Shown in pieces: positions 13,401-26,365 of a stretch of 64,000 bases of DNA (positions are counted from its first letter, which is position 1; each line of letters starts with the position of its first letter). The stretch covers positions 1 through 64,000 of the forward strand of contig NMRA01000142.1 of NCBI GenBank assembly GCA_002633005.1, in the 5' to 3' direction. Both the position numbers and the translations under genes were made by a program. The notes below the pieces were generated by a model, which saw only the letters and a program-made list of their open reading frames with translations, did no database searches and was not told the DNA's origin. Origin of the DNA: Phoronis australis. Lineage: Eukaryota; Animalia; Phoronida.

Positions 13401-15571
13401 TACTCAGTCTATGGAATAAACGGCTGAAACAGTAGCGTTTTTGTTATCAGCAAAACAAAAAAAAACATCTCCAATAGTGTGAACGGTCGCATTAAGTTGG
13501 TGGCAGTCAGTGGGCTGAAGTGATTTTGTATACAATCGGAAAGTTGGTGTAAAATGGACGGCCATTTAGAAAGCGGCATCTTCCATGAAAATTTCACCCT
13601 TTCGCAGAAACGTACACACCGCCCTCTTGCGGGGGTTAATACCACAGAGCGATACAGTGCAACATTTAAGGTTACGCAGGACCCTAGAAAAATGTGAAAT
13701 TTTGACTAACTTGGGAACATTATATCTCAGAAACGGCTGATCGGTTTCACACGAAACTTGCAGACACTATTATGTACTGCTTTCTAAAACGCTAAGGAAT
13801 GATCTATGAAATGATCCATTTTTGAGACTTTATCATAATAGTACTTTTATTAAACGAAATGATAGTTGAGATTTCCTCTTGAAAACTTAAATCAAAAATC
13901 CTTGATCGTGTTTCTAATGCTACTGCTTTGCTGTGAATGTACTTTTCTTTTTGGCTAAATTTTACTGCAAAAGACATAGTCGTGTTACCCAATCAGATTG
14001 GTATAAAGTCAACATTCTAATTTTGCAGACTTTCTACTTTAAGAGAAATATATTTCTTGTTTTTGTTGATATTTGGCTGAATGGACTGAGTTCCTTTTCG
14101 ATCAGGGACAACATAGTTAATCTAAAGCCCGAAAGGGTGCGTTGCCAGAATTAATAGTACTCCTGTACCACGTCATTTGCAATAACAGTTTTCAAAATGA
14201 AGATAAAACTTAACACCCAATTCTATATTGTGTAATTGGAAATATAAACCTTCCACAGGGTTTCGACGTCCGAAACTGAACTTTTTCATGGCGAATTCTG
14301 TAAGAAAGTAACTCCTTCTGAGCGCTACGTCGCGTGTACCTCTTCTATGGGAGTACCACCGAGATAAATCCTCCAAGCAATGCGCCTTCGCCACCCGTTT
14401 GTATTGTCAGTTGTTCTTACGTCATTTACAATGTTCAATTAGTTTTAGGTTACTCATATCTCTCGCCCATCTTCGTGGTTTTTTACTTGTAATATTTCCA
14501 CAGTATCTCCATTTTTCACTAATAAATGTCATTTTGCCAACCTCATTCTTGCCTCCGTTTATGTATATTCAAACCAAATGTTTGTATAGTGTCATAGCAT
14601 TCCTGTCAATTGCCTTAAAAATGTTACTGCATGAGAAATTTTGGCTAGAGTACGGTAAAATCACACCAATTTCAGACAAAAATGATTGCCACAACTAGTA
14701 TTTTTTTCATTTTCGAACCCTTCTAATATTGTTTGATGTCCACAATTTCCCAGAAATGTTGCCTGAAGATGGGCATGGCATAGACCTTGAAAATGGTGCA
14801 GCGTTTGTAAGGTGCTACTTATCTTTACTGAAAAAATGAAAACATAAATTTCACTTGTCTGTCATGTTGCGTCCTAAGTAGGTGAGACTTTGCCTATACT
14901 ATTTCTGCGTCATTCATTATCGCCCGATAGCTGTTGCTTTTTGGCAAAATGCTGCAACGCGAGGAGGGCCTCAGAGCAAAGATCATGTTTCAGACAACCA
15001 AACGAGTAAGAAACACACACTGAGCTATACCATCTCTTGGTTATCGAAACTTTAAAAAGTTGCATACATCTGACGATCTTTTACGATGAATTGGCAATTA
15101 AAACTCACGTTTTGGACTTATGCAAATGTCTCTGCGCGAGACTAGCCATTAATTGCGTGCTCTAGCGACCAGAGAGAATAGAGTTCCTTTGCGCCCAGTA
15201 TTTAAATTTTATACCGCATATTAGTAAAATAATACTCGCCAGTGTAGTGAAACTGTTTACGTTTTTTAAAAAGGAGAATCACAGTATTTACTAACGGCGA
15301 AAATGTAGGATGCACTAGGAAGTTGCAAATGACAGAATAACCATTTGCAATGTCGAATTCAAAGTTTGAGCACGGATGTATATTTAATGCATTTAGATGT
15401 TAATGCATTCTGAGGAACCTGTCTTGAAGTCCGCGGTCTCCCAATACTTTCTCGTTACTCGTTTGTTTGTTGTGCAGAGTTATCTTTATTCGAAGAAATG
15501 AAACTTTTGAAGACAAACATGTTACTTAAAGTATTTGTTTTGGATCTTTAGACTGGCCAAAGAGTCAAGCC

Positions 15572-16018
15572 ATGGAGTCGCACGAAACGGATGAAAAAGA
15601 GGAAAGTCCGCACCCACAGGCGGGAATGCACTACAGTTGGTACCAAGCGGTTACTGGCAGTGCTGTCGTCCAACTGATAATAGGGCTCATATGCACATCA
15701 TTGGGCATCGCTGTCGTGGCAATGTATGATCACTTGCCAAAAACGAACGGCGCAGTCGAGGTCTGGACTCCCATTTTCTTTATCCTCGCCGGCATCGCAG
15801 GAATCTACGGGTCTCGACGAGACTCCGACAGAGTAATCACAGTGCACCTGGTTCTGTCAATAATCGCCTGGTTGATGGCCATAGGGCTGTGTATCGACGG
15901 TTGTTTTTATGCCAGATCGTCCAACATACATATCGCTATCCTCGTTTTCGCCATTCTAGAATTTTTGGCAGCAATATTGTCTTTTTACCTCTGTTGCCAA
16001 TCGATCTGTTGCGTCTGA
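15572..16018 (+). CDS. MS4A/CD20-like four-transmembrane protein, 148 aa, single coding exon
   Basis: GCCATGG start context. Four hydrophobic helices with CD20-like signatures (VVQLIIGLIC.SLGI; W.PIFFILAGIAGI; LVLSII; ILVFAILEF..AI...LCC) and a Cys-rich C-terminus. Candidate acceptor TTTAG about 20 nt upstream. Confidence 0.85.
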   Translation: MESHETDEKEESPHPQAGMHYSWYQAVTGSAVVQLIIGLICTSLGIAVVAMYDHLPKTNGAVEVWTPIFFILAGIAGIYGSRRDSDRVITVHLVLSIIAWLMAIGLCIDGCFYARSSNIHIAILVFAILEFLAAILSFYLCCQSICCV

Positions 16019-16316
16019 ACAGAAATATTGGACTTAAAGACGCTTTTAGACAGAAAGGAAATTGTTCTTTCACATTCGTGATCGAAGAATGGTACATGCT
16101 TATCTGCTTGATGTTAAAGATCATTGTTATTAGTTCTCAGGAATGTACAATAATTTAACAACGTGAATGAGAAATTTGATTATTTTGTGTAGGATTCATT
16201 TTGGCCAGAGATATGAAACGTATGTTAGGGATTGACCTTGGCAAAATCAGCTATTTTGGCAACAAACGTATATGTAAAGTTTTTAATTTAAGACTTTGGG
16301 ACAAGAAACTTTAAAT

Positions 16317-19309
16317 TGACCTATCGCCAGGATTTTGAGTGACGGCTCAATTGACCAATCAGAACGCAGCATTCTTGACACACCTTCATTTCCAAGCCGC
16401 CATTTTACCCGACAAACACATTGCCACAGGCGCTTGGGTTTATCGCAAATGACGTCACTCAATAATATATATAAGAAAACATGTTTTCTTATATATATAT
16501 TGTGACGTCATTTGCGATAAACCCAAGCGCCTGTGCACATTGCCGGGTAAAACTTATTGTTTGTTAGCCGACAGTACGCAAGGGGGCGGTGCTAGCGACA
16601 GGACAATTGTAGGACTTGACTGTAAATTAGTGAAATAATATGGCAGATAGATAACGCATGCGCCTTCTTTCAGATTTTTAAATATATCTTAAATTCATTG
16701 AATTGGTGTAATGCTCAAATGTATTTATGGCTTTTGTGAAATTTTAGTATTTTTAGATTTTTTACAATAAAATAACTTAGGTATTACGAATAATTGTCTG
16801 AGAAAATCACCTAATGCCCGAAACATTGGTGTCTCGAAATTGCATGTAATATATTCATACTATAAAAATAAACGCTCAAGCGAAATATTGGCTTAAAATA
16901 TTACTTATGTTTATTCCAGAAAAATCCATGGTCCTTTATTTCGGTTGAATTTCGCTTGGATGTGGCTTCACTTTTAAAAAGTTGAAGCCTATCGAGATCA
17001 AAATAATCGCAAGTAAAACGCAAAAAATTATCAATATCCCAGGATGGCAGGTTTTCATGAACACAAGAAAGGAAACATTTTGGGCGCGTCTTTACATTTT
17101 ATTCAAATGTTTGAACTAAGTGACGACTGATGTTCGGGAAATCTTACAAAACTCACAAAATGCCAGAACACTTCAAAGCATACAGTGTGTCATTCCTCTA
17201 TCGCATGACTTTCGGTTGGGTGGGCAATGCAATTGCGTCTCTGTAACGCATCGTTAAACAAAGACCCCCTTGTTCAGAACCACTAACGTGGCAACCTCTG
17301 TGCTCTGAGTTAATCTCATTATAAATTAACTGAACCATATATACATTGTTTTGCTATTGATTTTACAACAGCAAATTACATTTTGTACTACCGACATTTG
17401 TCATTATGAAAGTATTGCTAAAAATCGCAGGGTAGTTCATGACAGATGACACGCGAGGCGGGGATACATAGATGATTAGTTCCAAATTTAACCACCAGGG
17501 ACGCTTACTACAATACACATGTTCTGGCAGCAGCTTCAAAGATGCAAAATTTGGTAAAATATTCTTCGGCTGCTAAACATTATTTAGTAGTGAGTTACTT
17601 AGAACTTAGGCAAATACTTTGCGATTCATCTCTTTGAAAAAAGGTCAAAGCAAAAGGTCATCACGGTCGACTGCAGCCAGGGGAATTTTCCTACCAGGGT
17701 GTCTGAAGACTGCCCCAGAAAGTTATAAAGTCATATCAAACCTTTTATTATTAGATTTCGCTCACTGACGTGTCCGGCTAAGCATTTACAACAATCATTT
17801 TGTATTGAAGTCAATCTTTGCTCTTAGAAGTGCTCGTTCGTCCTAAAGACACTGAATAAGCACGTTCTTCAATTTCTCAAAGTCGCCGTCACACTTTCAT
17901 ATTTTTACCAAAGAACTACCTGTTCTGTTCACTGAGCTCCGCAGCCGAAGGCCACAATTTGGTACAATAAGGCCAAACTAATCAACCAAATTGCACGTGA
18001 CAGACATAGTAAATACACCCTACGTTCCTTTGTGCTCAGATTTCATCAACTTCATTAATCTGTGCATGACTCAGATCAAATGAGCAATGGCTACCGAAGC
18101 TCAGCTGTGGACAAGAGATTTTTGCAGAGCTGAATTACTTAACTTGTGACCTATAATCTTAGGATTACCAGTAAATTCAAAGATTCCGGACAAGTTTTGG
18201 GTGAAAAGCTATTACAAAAGAAGAGAGTTTACAAGTTTGTGTTTGTAGTGCAGTTGGCTACACTTCTGTCAATATGAAAGTTTTCAGAATACGGGGATCC
18301 AACCCTACATAGCCATCTGCAGACCCGGCATAGCTGGAGGAGCTTGGAGGGCTCGAAAGAATCCCTCAAAGAAAAGGTCAAAGCAAAACCTCAACAAGAT
18401 GTGGGTCATTGACAGTTGCGACAGTAATACATGTATGTTACATTGTGGAAACGGCGTACTAAAATGCGGCAGGGTGAGCAAGATGATGATGACGCGAGGT
18501 TGGGAGGTAAGTTGCAGTTGCAGGAATCCCAAGTTACAACCCCGTGTCCTGATTTGTAGGCAGGTCTGTAATTCAGAGATGGAATGCGTTCCTCATGTTT
18601 AGGGCTCCTGAAACTCACAATACCAGTTATTTTTGAGATCCTAATTTTCGGTTACCGATTCCTCGTTTTGTTTGTGTCCATATGCCACACCGGCAGACTG
18701 CCCATCAGTAAAGGATTTGTGTAACAGGCCTATTTTCCTCAAAGTTCCTGAAACTTATTAAAACTTTCCATGGCATAATTCTTTCATTGTACCACACATT
18801 TCAATGTTGATAATTCTGTGAATCCTCGCTACTTATCTATACGTTCTCGCACCTTTTTTCACGTTGAGCTTAGGGTATGCGTTTTGCATTCTGGGACGGG
18901 ACTTTGCACCATACAAAACCTTGCGGTGAGGACACATCACCATCGCCTCGGCATCTGTAGAAGCGATAGCGTCCAGGTCATCCCTGCCAATGCAACTGAA
19001 CTCAAATCGGTTACGGGTTGTTTAGGGCATAGAATGGATGATTCTGCCAGGATTTCAGTTTTGGGATCCCTTTCGGCGTTATCCGGTACTAAAGGCCAGG
19101 CCACGTGTACGAATTGCATTTTGATTTTGCTTTAAAAGAACAATTACAAATTGACCAATCGCAAGCTCTGCACCCTTGCGAAATGTCGACAAACAATAAG
19201 TTTTACCCGGGAACGTGTTGTTTGTCGGGTAAAATGGCAGCTTTGAAACGAAGGTGTGCCGTTCTGATTGGTCACTTAAGCCGACACTCGAAGTCCTGGC
19301 GATAGGTCA
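16317..19309. mobile_element. 3-kb non-autonomous DNA transposon with long (~180-bp) diverged TIRs (PHIS/ISL2EU-related)
   Basis: Left end TGACCTATCGCCAGGATTTTGAGTGACGGCTCAATTGACCAATCAGAACG...TTTTACCCGACAAAC; inverted copy at ~19130-19309. Flanks AAT / TAT. Arms match the right end of 37408-39095. Confidence 0.65.
16425..16535. mobile_element. 111-bp near-perfect palindromic MITE, 8-bp TSD (P- or hAT-like)
   Basis: CACAGGCGCTTGGGTTTATCGCAAATGACGTCAC ... GTGACGTCATTTGCGATAAACCCAAGCGCCTGTG. TSD CACATTGC (16417-16424, 16536-16543). Confidence 0.9.
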
Positions 19310-19886
19310 TATTGCTTTGCCTACAAAACAGATTCAATTTTCCAACAGAGTAAACCTCTCTACTCCATTTGGTATACTATCTGTTTTCCATCTGAGTTCT
19401 GACAATAAGAGATTGTGCCAACATTAAAACGATAAAAATGCGTATTGGGCATGGCCGTTGTGGGAAAATACATGTAAAATTATCTTTATGACATTTGTTC
19501 AAGTTTGTGCCCATTTTGACAAATAGTCAACAGCTTCCGCGTCCTAGACATACATTTTGAGACGCCAATAGCCAATTTTAACTGGGCAGCAATACATGTA
19601 ACCAGAGCCTCCGAAATGTTAAGGCAGAGTTTCTCGTCTGACTACTTTTACGAAAGCTAATTTCCCAGTGGCGAGTACAGTGTCGATTCAAACGAGCTCA
19701 GTTTTATTTTTAGGTCGCTTAGAATGAGACTTCCGTAACAAATAACACACGAGCGACATTTTTCCCTAGTCAATCAGTTCACGGTCCAGCATTGCCGTTC
19801 TCATTATCATTACATACACCTGTGTGCGCCGGCCTGACCGACTGGTCAGAAGGAATTGGTCAAATGACACAAATAAATTGTATTTT

Positions 19887-20089
19887 CATGGGCGGCACAC
19901 CATAGGGGACTGGGGGGCTATAGCCCTCACTTTTTCAGTATTGCACCGCCCATGGTCTATGGCAGTGCACCATATGGGGACTGGGGAGCTATAGTCCCCC
20001 CCATTTTTTCAGAGTGCTACACCGCCCATGGTCTATGGGGGGATAGAGAGCTATATTTCCTCACTTTTTTCAGTGCTGCACCGCCCATG
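19887..20089. mobile_element. CATGGGCGGC-TIR MITE with internally triplicated unit
   Basis: CATGGGCGGCACACC ... GTGCTGCACCGCCCATG, with about 3 repeats of GGGG..CTATA..CC..TTTTTCAGT..CACCGCCCATG. Near-TSD ATTTT / AGTTT. Confidence 0.7.
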
Positions 20090-20699
20090 AGTTTAAATTA
20101 CAAAGAGTTTTACAAAAAGAATTCCAAAACGCGTCAGCAAATAGAGAAAATTCAATACGCACAGGTTGCTTTGACGTTGTTCTTTGATGGTATTGATGTT
20201 GCTTCTGCCATCGTTGAATTTTAAACTGGTCTTGAATACAATTGAAAGGAGAGGGCCTCCTACCGAGTTTTGTTCAGCATAGAACATCTGACGGTGTTTT
20301 TTATAATCGAATTTATCACATTGTTCGACTGATAGATTTGCACTGATATGAGATTATTTTAATTGCTTTTTAAGATGTAAGCTGTAAAGTGCGGGTGAGA
20401 AGTAAAGTGGAATGCGAATCAAATATCTTGCTTATTTTTGTAGATTATAGACTCCACGATTTTGATATCAAAATAGCAGACGTTCCAGGTACTTGAAATA
20501 ACAGAAGTCAAGACGACTATAATTCTTCAAAAGAGCTTTTCGTGACGGGGCGACTGTGAATGTCGAATGCAACTGTGAGTGTCCATTGCGACTGCGAGTG
20601 TAGAATGCGACACGTGCCCCACATATGGCCATTACTTGATTGTTCAAATACCTGGGCAGCGGGAACACAGTTTGTAATGCAAAAGTGAGTGCCCGTGGT

Positions 20700-23600
20700 G
20701 AATTGTATTACCGAAGCAGTTTTCTTGTTGGCATGTTTTGCTGTCCACTATGCAAATTAGTATAACAAGGAGCATCCCAACGCGCTGATATTATACAACT
20801 ACAATACTTGAATCACTGGCACAAGTTAATGCTTAATTTATTGTATTTTAAATGATTTAACATTTTTTGAAGTGTGAATGAAATAACTGACAGGCCAAGA
20901 AGCACTTTGATGACAGCAAAACCGGACAGCAAACTGACTACTTGGAACAGTCATTATCTAGACGAAACATTACTAAGTAGTGCTTAAAGCCCCAAGCACC
21001 GCAACCTTGGTTCATGTTTCTGGATGGAACTCTTTGTTTTTTACTACGGCGAGTTAGTGTTCCTAATTCTTCACGCTTAAATAACGGACGAACAGAGCGC
21101 ATTGTTTACTTGATTTTGCAGTTTTCACCTTGAACTGCATGGAGTTTGCGATTTCACCTTGACGAACACGTAGCTAAGGCTGCGTGGGTCCTAAATTATG
21201 CATGTATGTTAATATTGTCTGTATTGCCAGTAATTTACAATTTTTGACTTTAAGTTCGTTTTTGCAATATTAGCTGTTGAGTGTTCAGTTGATTTACACT
21301 GTAAACTTTAGGAAATAATCATGTAGATGAAATATTAAATACAATGATAATGCATAATATGATTTTAAATTCCTTGCATAGCAGGTTTCCCAGGTAAGCA
21401 TGTCATTACAGGTTGTTACAGAAACTATAGCAATGGCTACAATACACTAAAAGATTCATTGATCAGATTACAAATAAGGGCAACACTGTTATGAAACAAT
21501 ACGGATCATGTATAATTGAGCGTAGCAGACTAATGGAGTCTTTCGATAGCTTGCGCTGTTTGAGAATTATCATGGACAAAATGAAAAAATGATTTTTAGG
21601 TCACTGAATTATTAAAGTTTTGGTACTTCTTTTAAAAGGTCATATTTTTGTCATCGCTAATAGTGTGTTTTGTTCCTACTTCGGCAATTGCATTCATGTT
21701 CTGTGCGCACCCACGGGGGCTCGAAGGCGCCCCCCCTCCCCCATTTGGCGAAGTGGGCAAAAAGGTCTGCCTCTGAGAAAAAAAAACTTCGAAAAATGTA
21801 GAAAACGAAACAAAAAGTCCACTAAAAAGGCAGAAACTATCTAAATTCGGCGAATGCACTGTTCACAGCTTCATAGCTGTGAACGCACCCGTTTTCTATT
21901 TTTATTTTTTAGAAAAAGGTCCACATTCTCAAAAATTCGAGCCCCTCACTTTTTAGGCTGGGAGCGCATGCATGTGATTAAATTGCAAGAAAAGTTGTTA
22001 GGAAGGCAGCGATCCTCCAGTTATCCACACAATTGTTCATTGATTGAACTTCTTTCTGTAATGGTCTTTATTTTTAAACGTAATTTCCGTTCTTCATTAT
22101 TTTATCGTACGAACAAATGGAAACAAAAACAGTTTTGCACTTAGAGAATGTCACGCTACATGCATCCAGTGAGTGGCGTTGTCACTGCACGTACAGGTTA
22201 GGACTATCGTTAAAAGACTTCATTTCCGTTTTGAATCACCAATTGGTCGTCTATCTCTCGAACATTATACGCAGTTACACATCAACATTTCTTTAAAATA
22301 CACGGTATCGTTTCTTCACATGTTAATGCACACTCGCTCAAATACGCGGAATTCGTCGAACGGATCCTCAAGTGAACACGTACAGACTGTCGTGACATAA
22401 AGAGACGGCGCCTACATTTCGCGAGGGCTCAAACAACAAATTGAACAAGAGGTGCAATTTCAAAAACATGTCACAAAAAGATCACAATTGTACATAATGT
22501 GAGCTAATTACAATTTACAGCATGGGCCAACAAGGACGGGAATAGAGCCAGCGTGTGGGCCCATTTGTCACAATGGTGCAAATAGTTGTGACACTTTAAC
22601 CGCCATCTGGCGCTGATCAGCGACTCAACAGCAAAAAGGTTTAAAGGTTAAGGAGGACTTTATTGACAAAACTATGCATTTAGCTAGATATATACACAAC
22701 CTCAGAGTATAAATCAGTAGGAGTATGAATTTTCTGAAAGTAGAAAGCCTGTCAATCCCTCGTTAACTTTACCATGTTTTAATAATATCAATAAAGAGGA
22801 ACGTACATTAAAAAACAAAAGTTTCAATAACATGTCAAATTTAAATATAATATAAATGTTCAGGATGAGACCTCAAAAACGTTGCTATAGTTTTCTAACA
22901 AGCAGAGTCGTTTTGCGGGCCATAGGGTGTGTTGGGAAAGATAACATAGCATAAAATGATGTCTTTTCAAACAACAAACTGCTTGACTTCAACAGGCATT
23001 TAACAAAAACAGTGGTTTATATAGTCATGCGCGCACCCAGCCTTCAATATGGGGGGGTTCGAATTCCTGACTTTGTGGACCTTTTGGTAACAAAAAAGCG
23101 AGCGGACTAAAAAAATGGAGCACCACTGTGAATTGCGCATTTGCACATGTTTAATGGACTAATGCCTCATTTTATCGGACTTTTTGTCTCTATGAGGCAG
23201 AAGTTTTTGCCTACTTCACCAAATGGGGGACTCGTTCGAGCCCCCCGAGCCNGAATTGTATTACCGAAGCAGTTTTCTTGTTGGCATGTTTTGCTGTCCA
23301 CTATGCAAATTAGTATAACAAGGAGCATCCCAACTACAATACTTGAGTCACTGGCACAAGTTAATGCTTAATTTATTGTAGTTTAAATGATTTAGCATTA
23401 TTTGAAGTGTGAATGAAGTAACTGACAGGCCAAGAAGCACTTTGATGACAGCAAAAACGGACAGTAAACTGACTACTTGGAACAGTCATTATCTAGACGA
23501 AACATTACTAAGTAGTGCTTAAAGCCCCAAGCACCGCAACCTTGGTTCATGTTTCGGGATGGTACTCTTTGTTTTTTACTACGGCGAGTTAGTGTTCCTA

Positions 23601-26001
23601 ATTCTTCACGCTTAAATAACGGACGAACAGAGCGCATTGTTTACTTGATTTTGCAGTTTTCACCTTGAACTGCATGGAGTTTGCGATTTCACCTTGAAGA
23701 ACACGTAGTTAAGGCTGCGTGGGTCCTAAATTATTCATGTATGTTAATATTGTCTGTATTGCCAGTAATTTACAATTTTTGACTTTAAGTTCGTTTTTGC
23801 AATGTTGGCTGTTGGGTGTTCAGTTGATTTATACTGTAAACTGTTGGAAATTTACCTAAACATCATTCAACAAAGAATGGACTCACCGGAGACAGCCCAA
23901 GAATTGTTATCTCTGCGGCGAAGGATGTTGAAGTTGAGTCTCCGATGACTTGCCAGCAGTCACTGGTACGGTGCGCGGCTTTAGACGCTCTGCTGCTGGG
24001 TTAAAGATCTTTTATAGGCCTAACTATCCCCAATTCCCGTACCAGGATGAATTTCAAAAATAACTTGAATTGGCTGCGTCAGATGTGATATCATGTAGAT
24101 GAAATATTAAATACAATGATAATGCATAATATGATTTTAAATTCCTTGCATGGGAGGTTTCCCAGGTAAGCATGTCATTCCAGGTTGTTACAGAAACTAT
24201 AGCAATGGCTACAATACGCTAAAAGATTCATTGATCAGATTACAAATAAGGGCAACACTGTTATGAAACAATACGGATCATGTATAATTGAGCGTAGCAG
24301 ACTAATGGAGTCTTTCGATAGCTTTCGCTGTTTGAGAATTATCATGGACAAAATGGAAAATTGATTTTTAGGTCACTAAATTATTAAAGTTTTGGTACTT
24401 CTTTTAAAAGGTCATATTTTTGTCATCGCTAATAGTGTGTTTTGTTCCTACTTCGGCAATTGCATTCATGTTCTGTGCGCACCCACGGGGGCTCGAAGGC
24501 GCCCCCGCCCCCTCCCCCATTTGAAGAAGTAGGCAAAAAGGTCTGCCTCTGAGAAAAAAAAACTTCGAAAAATGTAGAAAACGAAACAAAAAGTCCACTG
24601 AAAAGGCAGAAACTATCTAAATTCGGCGAATGCACCCGTTTTCTATTTTTATTTTCTAGAAAAAGGTCCACATTCTCAAAAATTCGAGCCCCTCACTTTT
24701 TAGGCTGGGAGCGCATGCATGTGATTAAATTGCAAGAAAAGTTGTTAGGAAGGCAGCGATCCTCCAGTTATCCACACAATCGTTCATTGATTGAACTTCT
24801 TTCTGTATCTGGTCTTTATTTTTAAACGTAATTTCCGTTCTTCATTATTTTATCGTACGAACAAATGGAAACAAAAACAGTTTTGCACTTAGAGAATGTC
24901 ACGCTACATGCATCCAGTGAGTGGCGTTGTCACTGCACGTACAGGTTAGGACTATCGTTAAAAGACTTCATTTCCGTTTTGAATCACCAATTGGTCGTCT
25001 ATCTCTCGAACATTATACGCAGTTACACATCAACATTCCTTTAAAGTACACGGTATCGTTTCTTCACATGTTAAAGCACACTCGCTCAAATACGCGGAAT
25101 TCGTCGAACGGATCCTCAAGTGAACACGTACAGACTGTCGTGACATAAAGAGACGGCGCCTACATTTTGCGACGGCTCAAACAACAAATTGAACAAGAGG
25201 TGCAATTTCAAAAACATGTCACAAAAAGATCACAATTGTACATAATGTGAGCTAATTACGATTTACAGCATGGGCCAACAAGTAAGGGAATAGAGCCAGC
25301 GTGTGGGCAGAATGGTGCAAATAGTTGTGACACTTTAACCGCCATCTGGCGCTGATCAGCGACTCAACAGCAAAAATGTTTAAAGGTTAAGGAGGACTTT
25401 ATTGACAAAACTATGCATTTAGCCAGATATATACACAACCTCAGAGTATAACTCAGTAGGAGTATGTATTTTATGAAAGTAGAAAGCCTGTCAATCCCTC
25501 GTTAACTTGACCATGTTTTAATAATATTAATAAAGAGGAACGTACATTAAAAAACAACAGTTTCAATAACATGTCAAATTTAAATATAATATAAATGTTC
25601 AGGATGAGACTTCAAAAACGTTGCTACATGTATAGTTTTCTAACAAGCAGAGTCGTTTCGCGGGCCATAGGGTGTATTGGGAAAGATAACGTAGCATAAA
25701 ATGATGCCTTTTCAAACAACAAACTGCTTGACTTCAACAGGCATTTAACAAAAACAATGGTTTATGTAGTCATGCGCGCAACCAGCCTTCAATATGGGGG
25801 GGGGGGGNTCGAATTCCTGACTTTGTGGACCTTTTGGTAACAAAAAAGCGGGCGGACTAAAAAAAGGATCACCACTGTGAATTGCGCGTTTACACATGTT
25901 TAATGGACTAATGCCTCATTTCCTCGGACTTTTTGTCTCTCTGAGGCGGACCTTTTTGCCTACTTCGCCAATTGGGGAACTCGTTCGAGCTCCCCGAGCT
26001 C
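20700..26001. repeat. ~2.55/2.75-kb direct duplication (20700-23251 vs 23253-26001) joined by a single N
   Basis: Both copies start GAATTGTATTACCGAAGCAG and are colinear with scattered SNPs and indels. N at 23252. Confidence 0.95.
23881..24081 (-). promoter_or_regulatory. Candidate TATA/CCAAT promoter with ~100-nt first exon and splice donor
   Basis: Minus strand order: TGACGCA (24081-24075), CCAAT (24073-24069), CCTATAAAAG (~24018-24009), then CCG|GTGAGT donor at 23886. Spacing is canonical. Confidence 0.55.
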
Positions 26002-26022
26002 CCCCCCCCGGGTGCGCGCATG
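25771..26022. mobile_element. CATGCGCGCA-TIR MITE (relatives at ~21706-21970, 23026-23251, ~24467-24716)
   Basis: CATGCGCGCAACCAG ... GGGTGCGCGCATG. Flanks TGTAGT / TGTAGG. Confidence 0.7.
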
Positions 26023-26365
26023 TGTAGGAATATAGAGAAATTCCAAATTTGGCTAACTTCGGAACACCATTCCTCAAACATGGTAGACTGGATTCATATG
26101 AGACTTTCAGATAAATTACTAAATAAATGCTTTGTGTAAGGTTTCCTAAAATGATGTTGGGAATTAAAAAAAAATCCCCTTTTGCACCATCAGAAAAAGA
26201 TTTTTATGATTTTCATAAAAAGTCAAAAAGTTGTACAAGGCGAAAACGGAATGATATTTTAAAAAAATGTGACATCATTTTTGAGATCTAATCTTGAACA
26301 TTTATATCAAGGAATATTTGATGTTCCGAAGTTAGTCAAATGTGGACATTTTCTGTGATCCTACA
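26023..26365. mobile_element. MITE-like inverted repeat element
   Basis: TGTAGGA...TCCAAATTTGGCTAACTTCGGAACA is inverted to TGTTCCGAAGTTAGTCAAATGTGGACA...TCCTACA. Confidence 0.55.

Noticed and set aside
18399-18602. Cys-rich 67-aa ORF as a toxin or defensin-like peptide
   Set aside because: No signal peptide or recognisable Cys framework; lies inside a TE-bounded segment.
20700-26001. Genuine segmental duplication or LTR pair
   Set aside because: Copies abut at a single N with no internal domain, TG..CA ends or TSD; an assembly haplotype artefact is more likely.
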